A stretch of 63,420 bases of DNA, the filler included, from Octopus bimaculoides (taxonomy: Eukaryota): the NCBI RefSeq assembly GCF_001194135.2. It is 4 parts of 4 records of this genome, joined end to end, with 100 filler letters (N's around TTAATTAATTAA, not from the genome) between each part and the next. Parts side by side here need not be neighbours in the genome. Positions count along the whole stretch, not along the records: positions 17,660 to 46,433 come from NC_068983.1; positions 46,534 to 57,422 come from NC_068999.1; 2 more parts are not named here. One strand, 5' to 3'. The notes below the pieces were generated by a model. It saw only the letters and a program-made list of their open reading frames with translations. It was not told the origin of the DNA and did no database searches. Each line of letters opens with the position of its first letter. The first letter of the stretch is position 1. The translations under genes and the position numbers were made by a program. Shown piece by piece: positions 39,680-54,689 of this stretch.

Positions 39680-39970
39680 CTTTGCGAAGACGTAAATACA
39701 CCAACACCGATTGTCAAGCAGCGGTGGAGAGGACACATACAGATACAAAGAAACATACATACACGCACACACTGGCACACACACGCATACATACACATGC
39801 ACACATACATATATACAAACATGCATACATGCATGCATACATACATACATACAAGGCTTTAGTTGACTTGAGATTCTAGTGGAACTCGCTTAGGTCTTCT
39901 ATAACATTAGACGTCCCAAGGTGGCGCAGAATGAGGCAGAGCCCGTAAACATGTGTTTGGGAACGACAAA
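39680..39970 (-). mobile_element. SINE family B composite, degenerate
   Basis: Reverse similarity to the head and 3' module with an internal CA/TA repeat. Confidence 0.55.
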
Positions 39971-41053
39971 GCTTGATACGAATACAACTGCATATGTTTA
40001 TTTTAAATAGCTAGCTTCTATTTTTCACGTTCATATTATTTTACGCATAACAGCAGATAACTATGTAAATGACCGATATGTTTATGTATAATGCGCTCAG
40101 TAGCACACAATAAAATTCATAGTCGTAACCGAAGTATGGATTAGCGATAAGTAAGATATATGATTATACGCTTGCGGATCACAATAATCTCTGATGATAT
40201 GTACCGAGTCCGGTAAGATTTACGTTGTAAATGTTCCTAATTAGTTACAGAAAGTGTAGAACTGCAACGACATAATGTTATTCTAGGGAGTGGATGCTCT
40301 AATGACGTTTGAATTGATGCTCTGGTTAGACAAAATGTTTTAATGCCTTCAAAACTTATAACACTAGATCCCGTTGTCTATAAATTAAATATATGAAACA
40401 TTAAATATTCAAGAATATAATAACCAAAATATTTTTGCAATATATTTGAAATGCACTGAGTAGCATCTGGTATGTAATATGACACTACACGAACGTGTTC
40501 AAATAACAAGACAGGCTTTGCAAAACAAGATCTCAGATTTTAAGATTAGATCGTGTTTAGCAAAATAGATTCTTTCTACTTTATCATATATCATACGAGA
40601 TACACAATGTTGCATTAGCATACACAGAAACACAAACACACTGCCATACATGCATATACGTACATAGACATGAGTTCATATTATTTACACATCCAACGTT
40701 ACTTGGATGTATGGTTTTGAACACTGCAGGCTGCGGAGTTCATACATAAAAAAATATCTCGTATAGGCTTTAAGTGCTCAAACTGTTCATGCTTTATCAC
40801 GTGATTTCAGCATAATTAGCACTTCATCTGTAACATTGACCCTACAAACGAATGCTAGAAGGAAAACTGCTATTGGCTAACATTAACAGACAGGGATGGC
40901 AACAAAAGCTGTCGGGTTGCATTTAGATAGTGGTTGCAAAGGATGTCTTAACTAAAAGCTAATTTATACACACCCTCCCAGCAATATGTATATATGTATA
41001 TATGAATGTGTATATATACATATCTATATACATATATATTTTTATATATATAT

Positions 41054-41140
<87 letters not shown>

Positions 41141-41915
41141 CATGAGTGTGGATGCATATATGTATACTTGTATGTATATATATGTGTGTGCGTGTATGTG
41201 TGTGTATGTGTGTGTTTGTGCGTTTGTGTGTGCGCGTGCATGTGTGTAAATATGGCGTTTTCGTTCAATGATAGATATTTTATCAGAATATATGCTGTAA
41301 GCAACGTTATTTTGTATAGAAGTTCTAAATAGATAGAAAAAAGGTATCATCCAGATTGATTTTATTTCTTTGATGGGATTTTATTTGTTATTGATTACCA
41401 TTTTCAATCATAATATACAATGCCACGCATTTACAAATGTGCACACGCACACACACATCTATATATATATACAAATATTCATATACGTAGATACACATGT
41501 TTATGAATGTGTGTATGTCAGTGCGTGTGGAAATAGGAGAGATACATCGTATTTCAACATAAAATACACTTAGATTACTCATGATTCGACCAATATTGGA
41601 TCAATAGTGGCTACTGTGACTAACATAATGACACCAAGTCGTGATCACTTTTATATCATATGCAGTTTTACCGTATCCCTTTCGAGTAAGGACTTGTTCT
41701 TTGCCAAAATGTTTCTAGATTTTGATGCTGTGCTATAGCTAGAAGGAATTTATTTTTGTATCACTTAGTATATACGGGTTGTTTCTTTTCCAGCCTCATT
41801 TTCTTTAGTTGCGATGATAAAGAAAGATAAATCAAAATTGAAGAGGGTAGCTCTGATTAACTCGCGAACTTTATGCCTGCATCTTTTGAAGATTATTTAT
41901 GTAATATTTTCCATA

Positions 41916-43186
41916 TATCAGGCTGAGTAGAAAAAGTCATCAACGTTTTGAAACATGAAATTCATCACAATATATTTCAACAATGCGAAAGTTTTATTCA
42001 TCAAATTAAGTACCATTACTATAAACACATTTTTGCCAACGAGTTACAAATTTGTTTATTCCAGTAACATAAAAATCTGGAGTTCTGGAGCTGATGAACA
42101 CTTTGAATGCACTTTCAGCATCGGTTTGATTTTTAAACTGATTCTTTCGTTCTTTCAAGTGGTAGTCGGTAGGAGAAAGGTCTGGGGAATATGCAGATTG
42201 GAGAAGAACTTCGTAGCCAAGTTACCTCAACTTTTGAAGCGTCATTTGTGAAATTTGTGGTCGAGCATTGTTATGAAGAATGATTGGCGCTCATCTGTTA
42301 ATCTGGAACGGAGGATTAGCAGCTTTTCGTTCATTTTGGTAATTTCATAGCAATATGTTTCTGCAGTAATGGTTTTCCCAGGTTTTGAGAGGAGATTATA
42401 GTGGATGAGTCCAGCAGTACGTCACCAAAGAGCCAACATAACCTTCTTTTTGAAAAGCCGGGGTTTAGGGAAGGTTTTCCGTGCTTCCTTTTGATCCAAC
42501 CTCTGTGAAGAAAGATTTTTATTATTATACAGAATCCACTTTTCATCGCAAATTACAAAACGGTCGAGAAATGGATCAGTCTGGTAACGGAAAAGAAGCG
42601 ACGAGCAAATTTCATATCTGCGCATTTTCTAATTTTCATTCAAATAGTGTGGTAATGATTTCTTGAGATTTTTTGATTTTCCGATCACATGCATTTTGTT
42701 GCAGGCGGTTTTCTGGCTAACTTCAAGGTCTTTTTATAGTTCCCAAGTGGTTTTACGTGGATCCTTCTCAATGACGGTGTTTAATTGACCGTTGTCGTTG
42801 ACAGATTGGCGTCCACTACACTCATGACCTTCAAGGCTCAGATCTTTACCGTGAAAGCGTTTAAACCATTTTCAAGCTGACCACTAACTAGCCATTTCCT
42901 CACCAAATGTCTCGTTGATATTGCGAGCAGTTTCAGCTGATTTACGTCCTTTTTTTAAGTTGAATAGCAAAATTGCTCAAATATCGCGCTTTGACAGTTT
43001 CATTTCAGGTGATTTTAGCAACGGTGAAAAAATATCAATGTTAATTTTTTGATGCATTTGGGAAAGTATATGTCTCTGTTATCAGACAACTGCAAAAACA
43101 TATTTTTAAAAAATTCAAAACTCTACAAAAATCTTGTGCAAATTCTTTATAGTTCGAAACGTTGCTTTCTTTTTACTCAACTTGAC
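41916..43186 (-). mobile_element. Near full-length mariner (Tc1/mariner) fossil, about 1.27 kb
   Basis: Degenerate ITRs at about 41916-41954 and 43152-43186. The transposase starts at ATG 43003 (MKLSKRDI*AILLF...AETARNINETFGE...WFKRF) and includes FLDRFVICDEKWILYNN, LHNNARP, AYSPDLSPTDYHL and GINKFVTRWQKCVYSNG, with many stops and frameshifts. Confidence 0.92.
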
Positions 43187-43830
43187 AGCTGAAATGATAT
43201 AGCTCTCAAGTAAGAGAGAATAGTTTTTATTATAATGTTTGCACTGGCATCTGGATTTCTTGACTGAAAAGTTCTAAAGATCCGCGATTACATCTCATGG
43301 ATACACAGAATTCATATCTACTTAGTGTGTGCTGTACAACTGATATTCTTGCTACGAATACCTCTCCCTAGAGACGAGTTTATGGGTGTTTAAGAGAATG
43401 TTTTCTCCCAGGGGGAATGATGTCAAAACTTCGCTCTTTCACTATAATAGTGGTCATCTTTTTTTCTGTACATGGAATTACAGCCCACAGATCAGAGTTG
43501 CATTCAGTTATCTGCTCTGTCGACGCCTCTTTGCAGGTGTGGTTTGAAGCATCTGCAAAACATTTTAAATTTATTATGATTGCCATTTGTAATGTTATTT
43601 GCGGGAACAAAAAAAAAACATGAGGGTTAAACCCTATTCTCTGGAAAGTCCCCCTAGTTGTGCAGGCCTTCAGTAATGTGCACCGAATACAACACATTGA
43701 ATCCTATTTATCAGGAAATATTTAATTAATCGTTGTGGCTTACCATTCATTTTAATATTAGACATTCATTTTTGTTCAGTATTATGACGTTGTAGAATCC
43801 TTATATATGTATATACACTTACACAGATAT

Positions 43831-43866
<36 letters not shown>

Positions 43867-43992
43867 ATGCGTATACACACACATACATATAAATACAAAT
43901 ATACATATATACATATATATATATATATTTACATGTCTGTGTGCAAATGCATTTATATGGATATATACATATACACATATACATATGCATAC

Positions 43993-44050
<58 letters not shown>

Positions 44051-45255
44051 GTGTGTCTGTGTGTATGTGTGTGTGGCTTCATGCCCGTAAATGACCTGTT
44101 AGATGTTTTTACTGATTCAGTGAATCTTTTTTTTTTTTATTTGCTTCTCTTTTGTTCGCTTTCTTCGTTAGATGATCGATTTGTTCCTCTTTGATTTTCG
44201 CTGATATTTGTACAGCTATCAACACGCCTTCTGCTCTCTACCCACACTTGTATGTGAGCTACTTCACTTGTACCTCCTCTTCCCTCTCCTCCTTGCCTCA
44301 CTCGATGAACAGGCAATAGCCATGCGTACCGATTTCATACATGCCAATAAAATCATGAGTATTATCATCAATATCATAAACATATTGATGATGATGATTT
44401 CTAACATACTCATCACACTTCAGATTTTATCGTTGTGAAGTACGCGGCCAATTAACTTGACTAGTTTGTCGGCTCCCGGAAGATAAAAGCCAAGTTGGAT
44501 TTGAACTTAGTGTGCAAAGCGATTCACCAATAATATACTGCAAAAGGTTGTGTATCAAACCGGAATGATGCGAACAAAAGTTCAAAATCTATCCACGATC
44601 GTCGGATTTTGATGCAGACCATCTTAATGCTCATCAGCGACTCTTAAAGCTTAGGGTTAAACTCAACTACCTCTATCAGTCTTATAAGAAAAAATGGTTG
44701 AAATGGTGTTCTGATTTCCATAAAGGTATAAGTGTAAACAACAAAAAGAAGCTGAATTCGAGCAAGAATTGCACGTGCTCTCACAGCATTGAACCAACTC
44801 CAGCATTCGGCTCTCAGAAGAGTAGTAAAAAAACCAATCTCGTTATCTTCTATCTACTTTTCGCGCTTCGTTATGAATGATAGATAGTAAGAGGGGTTTA
44901 TTAGCAATCAGAACCTCAAAGTAAAATTAATACAGATCACAAAAGTGACAGACGGTACTAAATTGCACCGCATTTGCTAAAGTTAAGAGTTACACATATA
45001 TATATNNNNNNNNNNNNNNNNNNNNNNNNNNNNNNNNNNNNNNNNNNNNNNNNNNNNNNNNNNNNNNNNNNNNNNNNNNNNNNNNNNNNNNNNNNNNNNN
45101 NNNNNNNNNNNNNNNNNNNNNNNNNNNNNNNNNNNNNNNNNNNNNNNNNNNNNNNNNNNNNNNNNNNNNNNNNNNNNNNNNNNNNNNNNNNNNNNNNNNN
45201 NNNNNNNNNNNNNNNNNNNNNNNNNNNNNNNNNNNNNNNNNNNNNNNNNNATATA

Positions 45256-45288
<33 letters not shown>

Positions 45289-45690
45289 ATATGTATGTAT
45301 ATGTGTGTGGGGGGTGCGTGTGTGTGTGTGTGTGTGTATTTATATATGTACACTCATTTATTTTGTGATTACAGTTAGTTGCATGGATGCTAATGTTAAG
45401 TTTAGTACTTTATGTAGACTGTCACCATACAGACAACTTCCAGTAGCGTGGTTTGGTTACTGATATTCTTAGTAGTAGTACTCCTTATGACATACAGAAA
45501 AATATAGGAGAATTTACGATAACCACAAGTTTTTTATCATTTGCTACCTACATACTTAACACCTTTGCGGTTGTTTAAAACGTCAGTATTAGATTCCGTA
45601 ACACTGCAATCTGTAACACTGCAATACATTGTTCCGGCGATGATATAAGGTAGAGTTGAGGTTTCAAAAAAATCACAAGTTGAAACGTGA

Positions 45691-46186
45691 GTGGTGATGG
45701 ACACAGAATGCTACAAAAAGTTAATACTCTCCATGTTGGAAAATAATATTTACTATGAGATGATAGTAAACTACAACCCACAGAAGACACTTAAAAACTT
45801 ATCCTCTTTACTTCAAATACATGGACAGGTCCTCACTAAGCGTGAAATTGACTATTTATCCAATTTTAAATACAGACCTAGTCTATTCTACAGATTACCT
45901 AAAATACACAAAAATATACATATTTGTAAAGCTTGTAAAGTTTCTCCAAGCCTATGCATTAATATTCCTCCCCACGACTGACCTCAAGCTGAGACACATC
46001 ATTACTGGCCCTGCTTGTAAAACTCACCGTTTGAGCAACTTCCTCGACATCTTACACAAACCGTTTCTAAAATATGTGAAAAGCTTCATTAGGGATGACT
46101 TAGAAATGCTTATCACCTCCCGAAGACAATAATTGAAGAAACCTTGTTAGTATCATTCTATGTGGTGATTTTGTACACCAATTTCC
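45691..46186 (+). mobile_element. Penelope-like element reverse transcriptase fragment (N-terminal RT motifs)
   Basis: VVMDTECYKKLILSML...FYRLPKIHK.../LKLRHIITGPACKTHRLSNFLDILHKPFLKYVKSFIRDDLEML/HLPKTIIEETLLVSFYVVILYTNF, with two frameshifts. These match the PLE motifs FYGLPKIHK, LRPI and SFDV.SLYTNIP. Confidence 0.9.
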
Positions 46187-46369
46187 AATGCCTTGCGTCT
46201 TTTCTGAACATTTATATATCCGCTGCATCGAAAATTTGCAATGGTTCCAGAACTACTGCCTCGGCTATAGCTTAGGGGCCCTAGCAATCCGTTACAGCAC
46301 TTACCTAGCGCACCAAATCGGTTAGATCACCTGTGACCTAAACCCCCATACCATTTATATATGTATGAA

Positions 46370-46433
<64 letters not shown>

Positions 46434-46533
46434 NNNNNNNNNNNNNNNNNNNNNNNNNNNNNNNNNNNNNNNNNNNNTTAATTAATTAANNNNNNNNNNN
46501 NNNNNNNNNNNNNNNNNNNNNNNNNNNNNNNNN
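46434..46533. other. Artificial scaffold linker N44-TTAATTAATTAA-N44
   Basis: Spacer at 46478-46489 with 44 N on each side. Confidence 0.95.
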
Positions 46534-46575
46534 ATATATATATATATATATAGGGAGAGAGAGTGAGTGAGAAGG

Positions 46576-46611
<36 letters not shown>

Positions 46612-47230
46612 TTGAAAAATTAAAAAAAAATTAGAATGGAAAATTGGTAGCTAATTTCTCATCTGTTAACGTCCATAAGATCTTGCGCCTGTCAATATCC
46701 AACAATTTTGCGCCTTTAACTTTGACATTTTTCCTTTTTGATCTGCCACTAGGAATAGCAAACAAACATACAGGTCAAGGACGAAAACAAACACTACAGA
46801 ATAAAATTATACAGTGAAATGTGGTCATACGGCCGCGAGACAGACGTATATACGGTAACGTAAAGGTAAATGAAAATACCTTGTACGCCTGAAAAGGAGA
46901 ATGAAAGTCAGAATGAAGGAAAACGTATACTGGCAGTGTAGGAAATGTATAAGAGCACAGGGAAACATGATCGACTAAGTCAACGGTAAAGCAAAAGGGA
47001 TGAGACATATGTGAATGATATGGGGGTAGAGAGAAAGTGTCTTGGAGGGCAGAGAGTTAGAAGTAGCAGAAGAAAATGTTGAGGAGCGAATGAGAGAGAA
47101 AGAGAGAGGGAGGAAAGCAAATGGGAGACAAAAGAGAAAGAAACAGATATAGACGGCACAGAAGATGTACCAAGAATATTCTGTGTCTGTGTGTATATGA
47201 TTATAACACAGACACACATACTTAAAATCT

Positions 47231-47274
<44 letters not shown>

Positions 47275-50200
47275 NNNNNNNNNNGTCTCTCTCTCTCTGT
47301 CTCTCTCTCTCTCTGTCTTTCACATACACACACAATCTTTTAAATGAATCTAAGAAGTCTTTATGAGTAAACCAGATAAAATCACTAAAAATATTTTTAT
47401 ATATGTGTTAATGAACCTGGAAAATAATTACTTTCTTCCGATATTAATTTTTTGATTTGTTATACGTAACATATGGCGCCATGAAAGTGTTGTTCTCAAT
47501 TTCAAATCATATCGCAACAAGTAGACACATTTATATCTGTTATTCTTTTACTAATTCTGTAACATTTCTAATTATTATGTTACATTTCTCAAAACAATAT
47601 TCAGATAAGATGTCATCTGGACAAAATGAGTTATACAATTACAAAGCCTCATCCAAGGGGAGATCTTTCTCTAGCAATTAAAATTCAAGCGGTCGTACAT
47701 ATTTGGGAAGAATTTAGACCTCTCCGACTATCACTTGAAATACATTATTGACAAAATATCACGTAATGTATTTGAATGAACAGAGAAGACGATAATTAAA
47801 GACACTTGACTTTATTTCATTGAATTTGGTTTTGTTTGCTTCTCGGAACGCAACTGTTCTTTATTTTCCCCACTCCTCGTACTCATGATTGGCCTTTATT
47901 AAAATACGGGCGTGCAATGATAACGTGTGATTTATAAATTACCGCTCAAAATGTTAGTTTGGGTTCGATGTAATTTTTGTAGCATCTTAGAAAATATTTA
48001 AAGTAAGTTAGAGTACAAAGTGCATTTCGCTGCATGCACGCTGTCTAAAACCATTTGAGTTTGTTGTATTTTAATACAGTAAGTTACACAGTGGGTGTGA
48101 AAAACATAGCTAACTGACGGAATATTTAACACAATAATGCAGCTTAAGGAAAAAAATCATCCTACCGTTGTATGCTCTTCGGTTTACGCATCTGTGAAGA
48201 ATATATTGACGCTTCACTTAAAGTTGGCAAGAATTTATATCGGTTGTTCTGCATTTGCATACGGATCATTAAAAACGATAGGAGTTCCATAAAATGTTAT
48301 ACGTATATGCAGTTCATGTACGTATGCATACTTGTATACACCGCTTTATAAACATTCTGAAGGTAGCATATTGCTCCCCAAAGTAATGAGACTGAGAAAA
48401 ATTACTAGCATACAAAATGAAAAACTTTACTCAGCAATACATGAACAAGATACACGCCATTTTACCCTAACTATATCCTCACAGAATATACACTTCGGCA
48501 TTCAAATTATAAATTATTACAAATAATATTTCACCATTCACAAATGATAACCATTTCTCTTTTCAACACATGTCATTAATGTTCTGTGCATTTACTAATT
48601 AACGATGATTAAAGACTAAAGCAATTCGAGTTATATAATTAACATTCGATCAAATACACGTGGCCTTCAACATCATACAAATGCGGAACGAACTGCAAAT
48701 ATGTTCCTATACAGCTTTTCTGATGATTTTGAAACTCAGACCAGGCTGGTTTCAGAATCACAAATCCTAGAGATACGTGATTGTATGCCATATGTATTTA
48801 TACACATACCAAACCTACCTACCTACTTATCTATCTTACTATCTACATCTATTCGTTTCTGTGTGTGTATGCGTGTGTGCTTGTGTGTATGTATAGTTAT
48901 GTTAATCCTAATATGCTTCTTTTTATCTCTATGTATATAAATATTATATATGCCTGTGTACATTGCAAGTTTCTATATGCATGTAATCCTTTATAGTTTT
49001 CTCGTTTCACTCACTAGATTGTGGGCTATGTCTGGGCACCGACTTCAAGTACCTTAGTCAAACGAATAAACCTAGTACGCACGCACACACACACACACAC
49101 ATACACACACCCACACACACACATACACACACACAANNNNNNNNNNNNNNNNNNNNNNNNNNNNNNNNNNNNNNNNNNNNNNNNNNNNNNNNNNNNNNNN
49201 NNNNNNNNNNNNNNNNNNNNNNNNNNNNNNNNNNNNNNNNNNNNNNNNNNNNNNNNNNNNNNNNNNNNNNNNNNNNNNNNNNNNNNNNNNNNNNNNNNNN
49301 NNNNNNNNNNNNNNNNNNNNNNNNNNNNNNNNNNNNNNNNNNNNNNNNNNNNNNNNNNNNNNNNNNNNNNNNNNNNNNNNNNNNNNNNNNNNNNNNNNNN
49401 NNNNNNNNNNNNNNNNNNNNNNNNNNNNNNNNNNNNNNNNNNNNNNNNNNNNNNNNNNNNNNNNNNNNNNNNNNNNNNNNNNNNNNNNNNNNNNNNNNNN
49501 NNNNNNNNNNNNNNNNNNNNNNNNNNNNNNNNNNNNNNNNNNNNNNNNNNNNNNNNNNNNNNNNNNNNNNNNNNNNNNNNNNNNNNNNNNNGCACACACA
49601 CACACACACATACACACACCCACACACACACATACACACACACAAATCGAACACACACATACAAGTTCTGTGTGTTATAAGTACGTGGGTCGGCTATGTC
49701 TGTAGGCGTCAGAGAATATATTCTCATATTTGAATTTCTTTCAGTTTATTAAATCGTTGGAACATGCCTGCAAATGATTCCTAGCGCATTTCGCATAGAG
49801 ACATATATTTCTTGCAGCAGGGCTTTTTAGGTAAGCGGCATTCAAAAGTCACAAAAATAACGACACATCGATATCCGTCTTCTGGAAAGAGACCTGCCGT
49901 GTGTCGTCTCGCTTGCTTATCACTTACTTTCAACTGTTTTAATATGAGTTGCATTGAGAATATATATTATCTTACGCCTAAAAATGCAGCCAACCCACAC
50001 ATTTACAGCACACACAGCTTGTGTATGCTGGGCCTATTTTGTTTATAAGCGTCGAGCTGCTTCTAATTTATATATATTNNNNNNNNNNNNNNNNNNNNNN
50101 NNNNNNNNNNNNNNNNNNNNNNNNNNNNNNNNNNNNNNNNNNNNNNNNNNNNNNNNNNNNNNNNNNNNNNNNNNNNNNNNNNNNNNNNNNNNNNNNNNNN

Positions 50201-50278
50201 NNNNNNNNNNNNNNNNNNNNNNNNNNNNNNNNNNNNNNNNNNNNNNNNNNNNNNNNNNNNNNNNNNNNNNNNNNNNNN

Positions 50279-50317
<39 letters not shown>

Positions 50318-52908
50318 TATTTATACATGTATGTGCATGTGTATTCATGAATGCCTGTGTGTTTGTATGCTTATATGTATGAACTTAAACTCAGTTGCAC
50401 AATATGCGTACGCTATTACTTTTATCTACTCGATCTGTGACAGTATTGCAGTATGAGAAATGGAATTGATAGAAATGTTATGCCTTTCCTTTATTCCGTC
50501 GAAGAAATGCGTATAGCTGATTGAGAAAAACTGAAGTGATATTAACGATAATTTACTATTACTCACTTGACAGGTAGCGAATGAAGCGAACTGCAAAATT
50601 AGCAAGATAGTGCTACAGTTTTTCACATGCCAAAATGAACAAATGTTGGCGTACACTATATTCGGATTCTGAATGTAGCCTAAGGGATCAGACCTTTTCT
50701 GATATATGATTTAAAGCCAAATGTTCATACACTTTTAATATGTTACTGAAATTAAATGCATGCAACTATTGCAATTCAGCATGTTATAATTATAATGTGG
50801 AGAGTAAATTAGTTTAATTTAGACCTGAAGTTTAGTAATAATAACTGAAATATGATTACACCATTTATGATGATTTAAAGATTGACAGGCTAATACAGAC
50901 AAACGGAAATACTTCACATAGAATATAGAATATTTAATGTAAGTCTTTACTCAATAGGAAATCATAAATCGTCTTGTAATTCTAAACAACAAATGGAGAA
51001 AATTGAATGAAGTTTCATCAGTTTGTAGATCGTAGTATTACTGAAAATATGCTTGCAAATTAGGTCATAAACATCGCAGAAGGAAAGGCCAATACTTGCT
51101 CCGTGAATTGTCATCTGTTTCCTTTCATTTTGGTTTTGATTTATAACTTATCGCTTCTTAAGTAATTTTCTGAAGAACGACGGGTCATCAGTTGGGTTTG
51201 GAAAGTTCTTAAGATATAATGAAATTTTATATATTGACATTCAGTGCAAGTGAAAATGAAATATTGCAATAGTTCTACATCTGGTATTGAACCTTCGTGA
51301 AAAACCCGCCGGTATATAAGTCATACGTTTGTTTATGTGTATAAGGATTTTGCTTTCTGAGTGAAGGAATCTCATTTTGGGGTTGTAAGTGTATGTGTGT
51401 GTGCATGTGTGTGTCTGTGTGTGTGTATGTGTGTGTGTCTGTGTGTGTTTTGTGTGTGTGTGTGTGTCTGTGTGTGTGTGTGTGTGTCTGTACGTGTGTG
51501 TATGATTTAGAAAGGTATGCTAAATGTTTCGATTTCAGTTTCATACTCCTATAGCAGAAATGCTATAACATAAATGTTATTACAAGCAGTTGCAGTCAGT
51601 TCAAACAAAGAATACTGTCAGATTTATATAACCAGTTCGCCTATTTTTATTTCCGCTTTTTAATACAAATTATGAGTCTGACTCCATGGACCGTACATAC
51701 GCTTAGTCTACTTTCCAAAGTAATCTCAGTAATACAAAAGTTGCTAATTTCATCCAATCAAAACTTTAACTATTGATTTAAAATATGGAGAGGCTCTTCG
51801 AAATATTATTAATAGGGTTGTCACAATATTCATGGACACCGAAATTCATTACATTTTACCAATATTCTGCATTCAGAAAGAGTTTCTCTCAAATTGTGAT
51901 GCTTTTGCAGAGTGAATGCTGCAGTTAAATCGAATTATTTGTCCGTATGCATGATAGATTCTTCTCTTCCAAATTCACTGCACTCATGGAGAAAGACAGG
52001 ATGAATAGATAATATCTATATTAAAAGACACTATATTTTAGTAATAAACTTAAACGGCGATTCATCTTGCAACTAAATTAGTGTTATTAACGTTCCAGAT
52101 ATTAACGTAGACACCACAATAAGTGCATTAAACGGTAAGGGAAATATGAAGTAAGAATTTAAATCGGCATTTCAACTGCATATTATGAACCTCAGCAAAA
52201 GATAGTGTGAACAATGATCGGTACGTTCTCGGATAATGAACGGAGACATTTGACAGTGACGAATGTAAGGCACTGAATATTAGGGAATTTTGAATTTTAT
52301 TACTTATTTGTCACCTAAAGACTACAAATATCGGAAAAGAGCACCCTTACTATTATATCTATCTAAACACTGCACCCATCTGTTAATCTGCTAACACATC
52401 CGAAAGGATGCATGCAATGTAGAAACAATTCGGAAGATCTAATTGTAATATACAGAAAGTTAACATCACTGAAAGAACAAGTGGGACAGATTTCTGAATA
52501 AAAATGAGTTTGAATATCAATTCCCTAGACACTAAACACATATTTCAGTGAACACTTCTTGCAATAAATGGTAATTCTCCACATGAGAACTGTGAAATAT
52601 TAAGAGAATAAGATAATGGTCTTAAGTCAAGTGGTAAAAAACAAAAACAAAAAAAAAACTGGTATTTTAACTATATGTTCCTAGCCACAGACCATTATAA
52701 ACAATTCGAGACTGGTGTCAGTGTAGTCGACTGGCCCCCTCCCCAAAATTTTCGAGCCTTGTGTCTAGAGTAGAAAAGAATATATTTTAATTAATGTGTA
52801 TACATGTCATTGGGAAACAGTGCATGTAAGCATGTATGTACGTTTGTATGTAAGTACTTCCTTAAAATATATATATTCTACTCAAATTCGCTCAAAGATT
52901 CCATATTC

Positions 52909-53123
52909 TTTTCCACTCTAGGCACAAGGCTTGAAATTTCGGGGAGGGGGACAGTCGATTAGGTCGACCTCAGTATGCAACTGGTACTTAATTCATCGAC
53001 CCCGAAAGGATGAAAGGCAAAGTCGACCTCGGTGGAATTTGAACTCAGAACATAAAGACAGACGAAATACCGCTAACCATTTCGCCCGGCGTGCTTACGT
53101 TTCTGCCAGCTCGCCACCTTCTG
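52909..53123 (-). mobile_element. SINE family A copy with 15-bp TSD
   Basis: TSD AAAGATTCCATATTC at 52894-52908 and 53124-53138. Confidence 0.88.
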
Positions 53124-54062
53124 AAAGATTCCATATTCATTTACCGAAAACACGGTAATATATATTCAGACAGTACAAAGTATTACTATCGCATAATGTT
53201 CTCTAGGTTATATTTGCAGACGATGTGAGTTGGTTTCGCAGGGACAGTTTCGACTTTTACTATCCATCGTTTTTTAAAACAATATTTTACATTGTTTATG
53301 ACACAATATTCTACACACTATTTTCATTGCGATATCTCCTGTCTGTTTTTTCTTCTTTTTTACTACATATAAAATAATGATCAATATCACCAACAACATT
53401 CTGTTCTTCAACACTGTGACGTAAACGGAAGAGTAATTCCTAAAGAAACATTATATTCAGCGCAGCAAATCTTGATATGTATGATTTTCGATAGATGTGA
53501 TTACTGCAAAATCTGTTTCGTGGACACAATATCAATGTAATTTATACAAACTAATCTAGCATTAATTCTAAAGGAAAATGCGAAACCTGACACTGTATCT
53601 CAGAATTTCAGATACAATAAATTTATCATCAGATCCTAAGCTACACATTAAGTTTCATATAAATTGCAATATACATAAGACCCAATTGGCGTGAAACTGT
53701 ATATATTTACTGTAAACAATCCGCAATAATATAAGTAATATATTTAGTTGCTTACATTATTAAGTCCGAAATACTTTTGTATAAAAATATTTCACAAATC
53801 CTGTAGCGCATATCATATAATACTTTGGTATGTCAGTATGATTTATGTTTTTAATAACGTACAGTCATCTCCACTTACATTTTACTTTATTTCTTTTTCC
53901 TGTTTATAGGTATTACACTTCATATTCTCTTACAGATATTTTACTACTTCTCCACAAGATAAAGTAATGTCTAGCGATGTTAAAATACAGATTGTAAATA
54001 CATACATGTTGCAGCAGTTTTATGGATCATCGTCAACACATATATACAAGCACACACACACA

Positions 54063-54101
<39 letters not shown>

Positions 54102-54689
54102 ACACTCAGACACTCACACACGCACACACACACACAAGCACAGGCATACTTAATACTTTTCATTATTGTGGTAAATTTGAGACACGGCTGATTCCAGTGG
54201 TCATTGTAGGTTCGTTATTGATAGGTTTACTCATTGATCGGTTTAGAAAAATTGAACGGGCAAAAAGATTTACGTCATTTTCGTTAAAGTTATTTCTGGC
54301 TAGCTTAAATTTTTTAGGTCTTTGAATATTTCTCAATCGATGAATGAGCTGATTGAATAATCCTATCAACAAGAAACCTATAATGAAAACTGCAAACAGC
54401 TGTTAGTCCAATTTAACTGTTATAGATAAAAAATGTAATGAACACATTTATCCTTTTCTTTTTCGTCTGGAGATCAGTGCATAAACCAGTATAAATGCTA
54501 CACAACTTCAGATTTACAATATAGAATTGTAATGAACTATAACCTTGGACTCTACCACAAGAATTAGCGCAGTCCTTTGCTGATCTAAATAATATATTTA
54601 GCCTGCTGAGATCTAACTGAAGGCTTGTGAAGTATTTTGCCTGTAGTTATAATCCTTCACTAATAATTCTGTCCCCAACAAATGTTTGT

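Noticed and set aside
44745-44885. IRARIARALTALNQL RTE-like peptide
   Set aside because: Too short and degenerate to call.
48716-48745. Other CTGATGA/CTGAAGA hammerhead-like cores (also 22871, 27428, 51169, 56588)
   Set aside because: None has a stem II plus GAAA plus closing stem I arrangement.
54163-54372. Minus-strand ORF MLIGLFNQLIHRLRNIQRPKK...
   Set aside because: No recognisable family, and its length is expected by chance.
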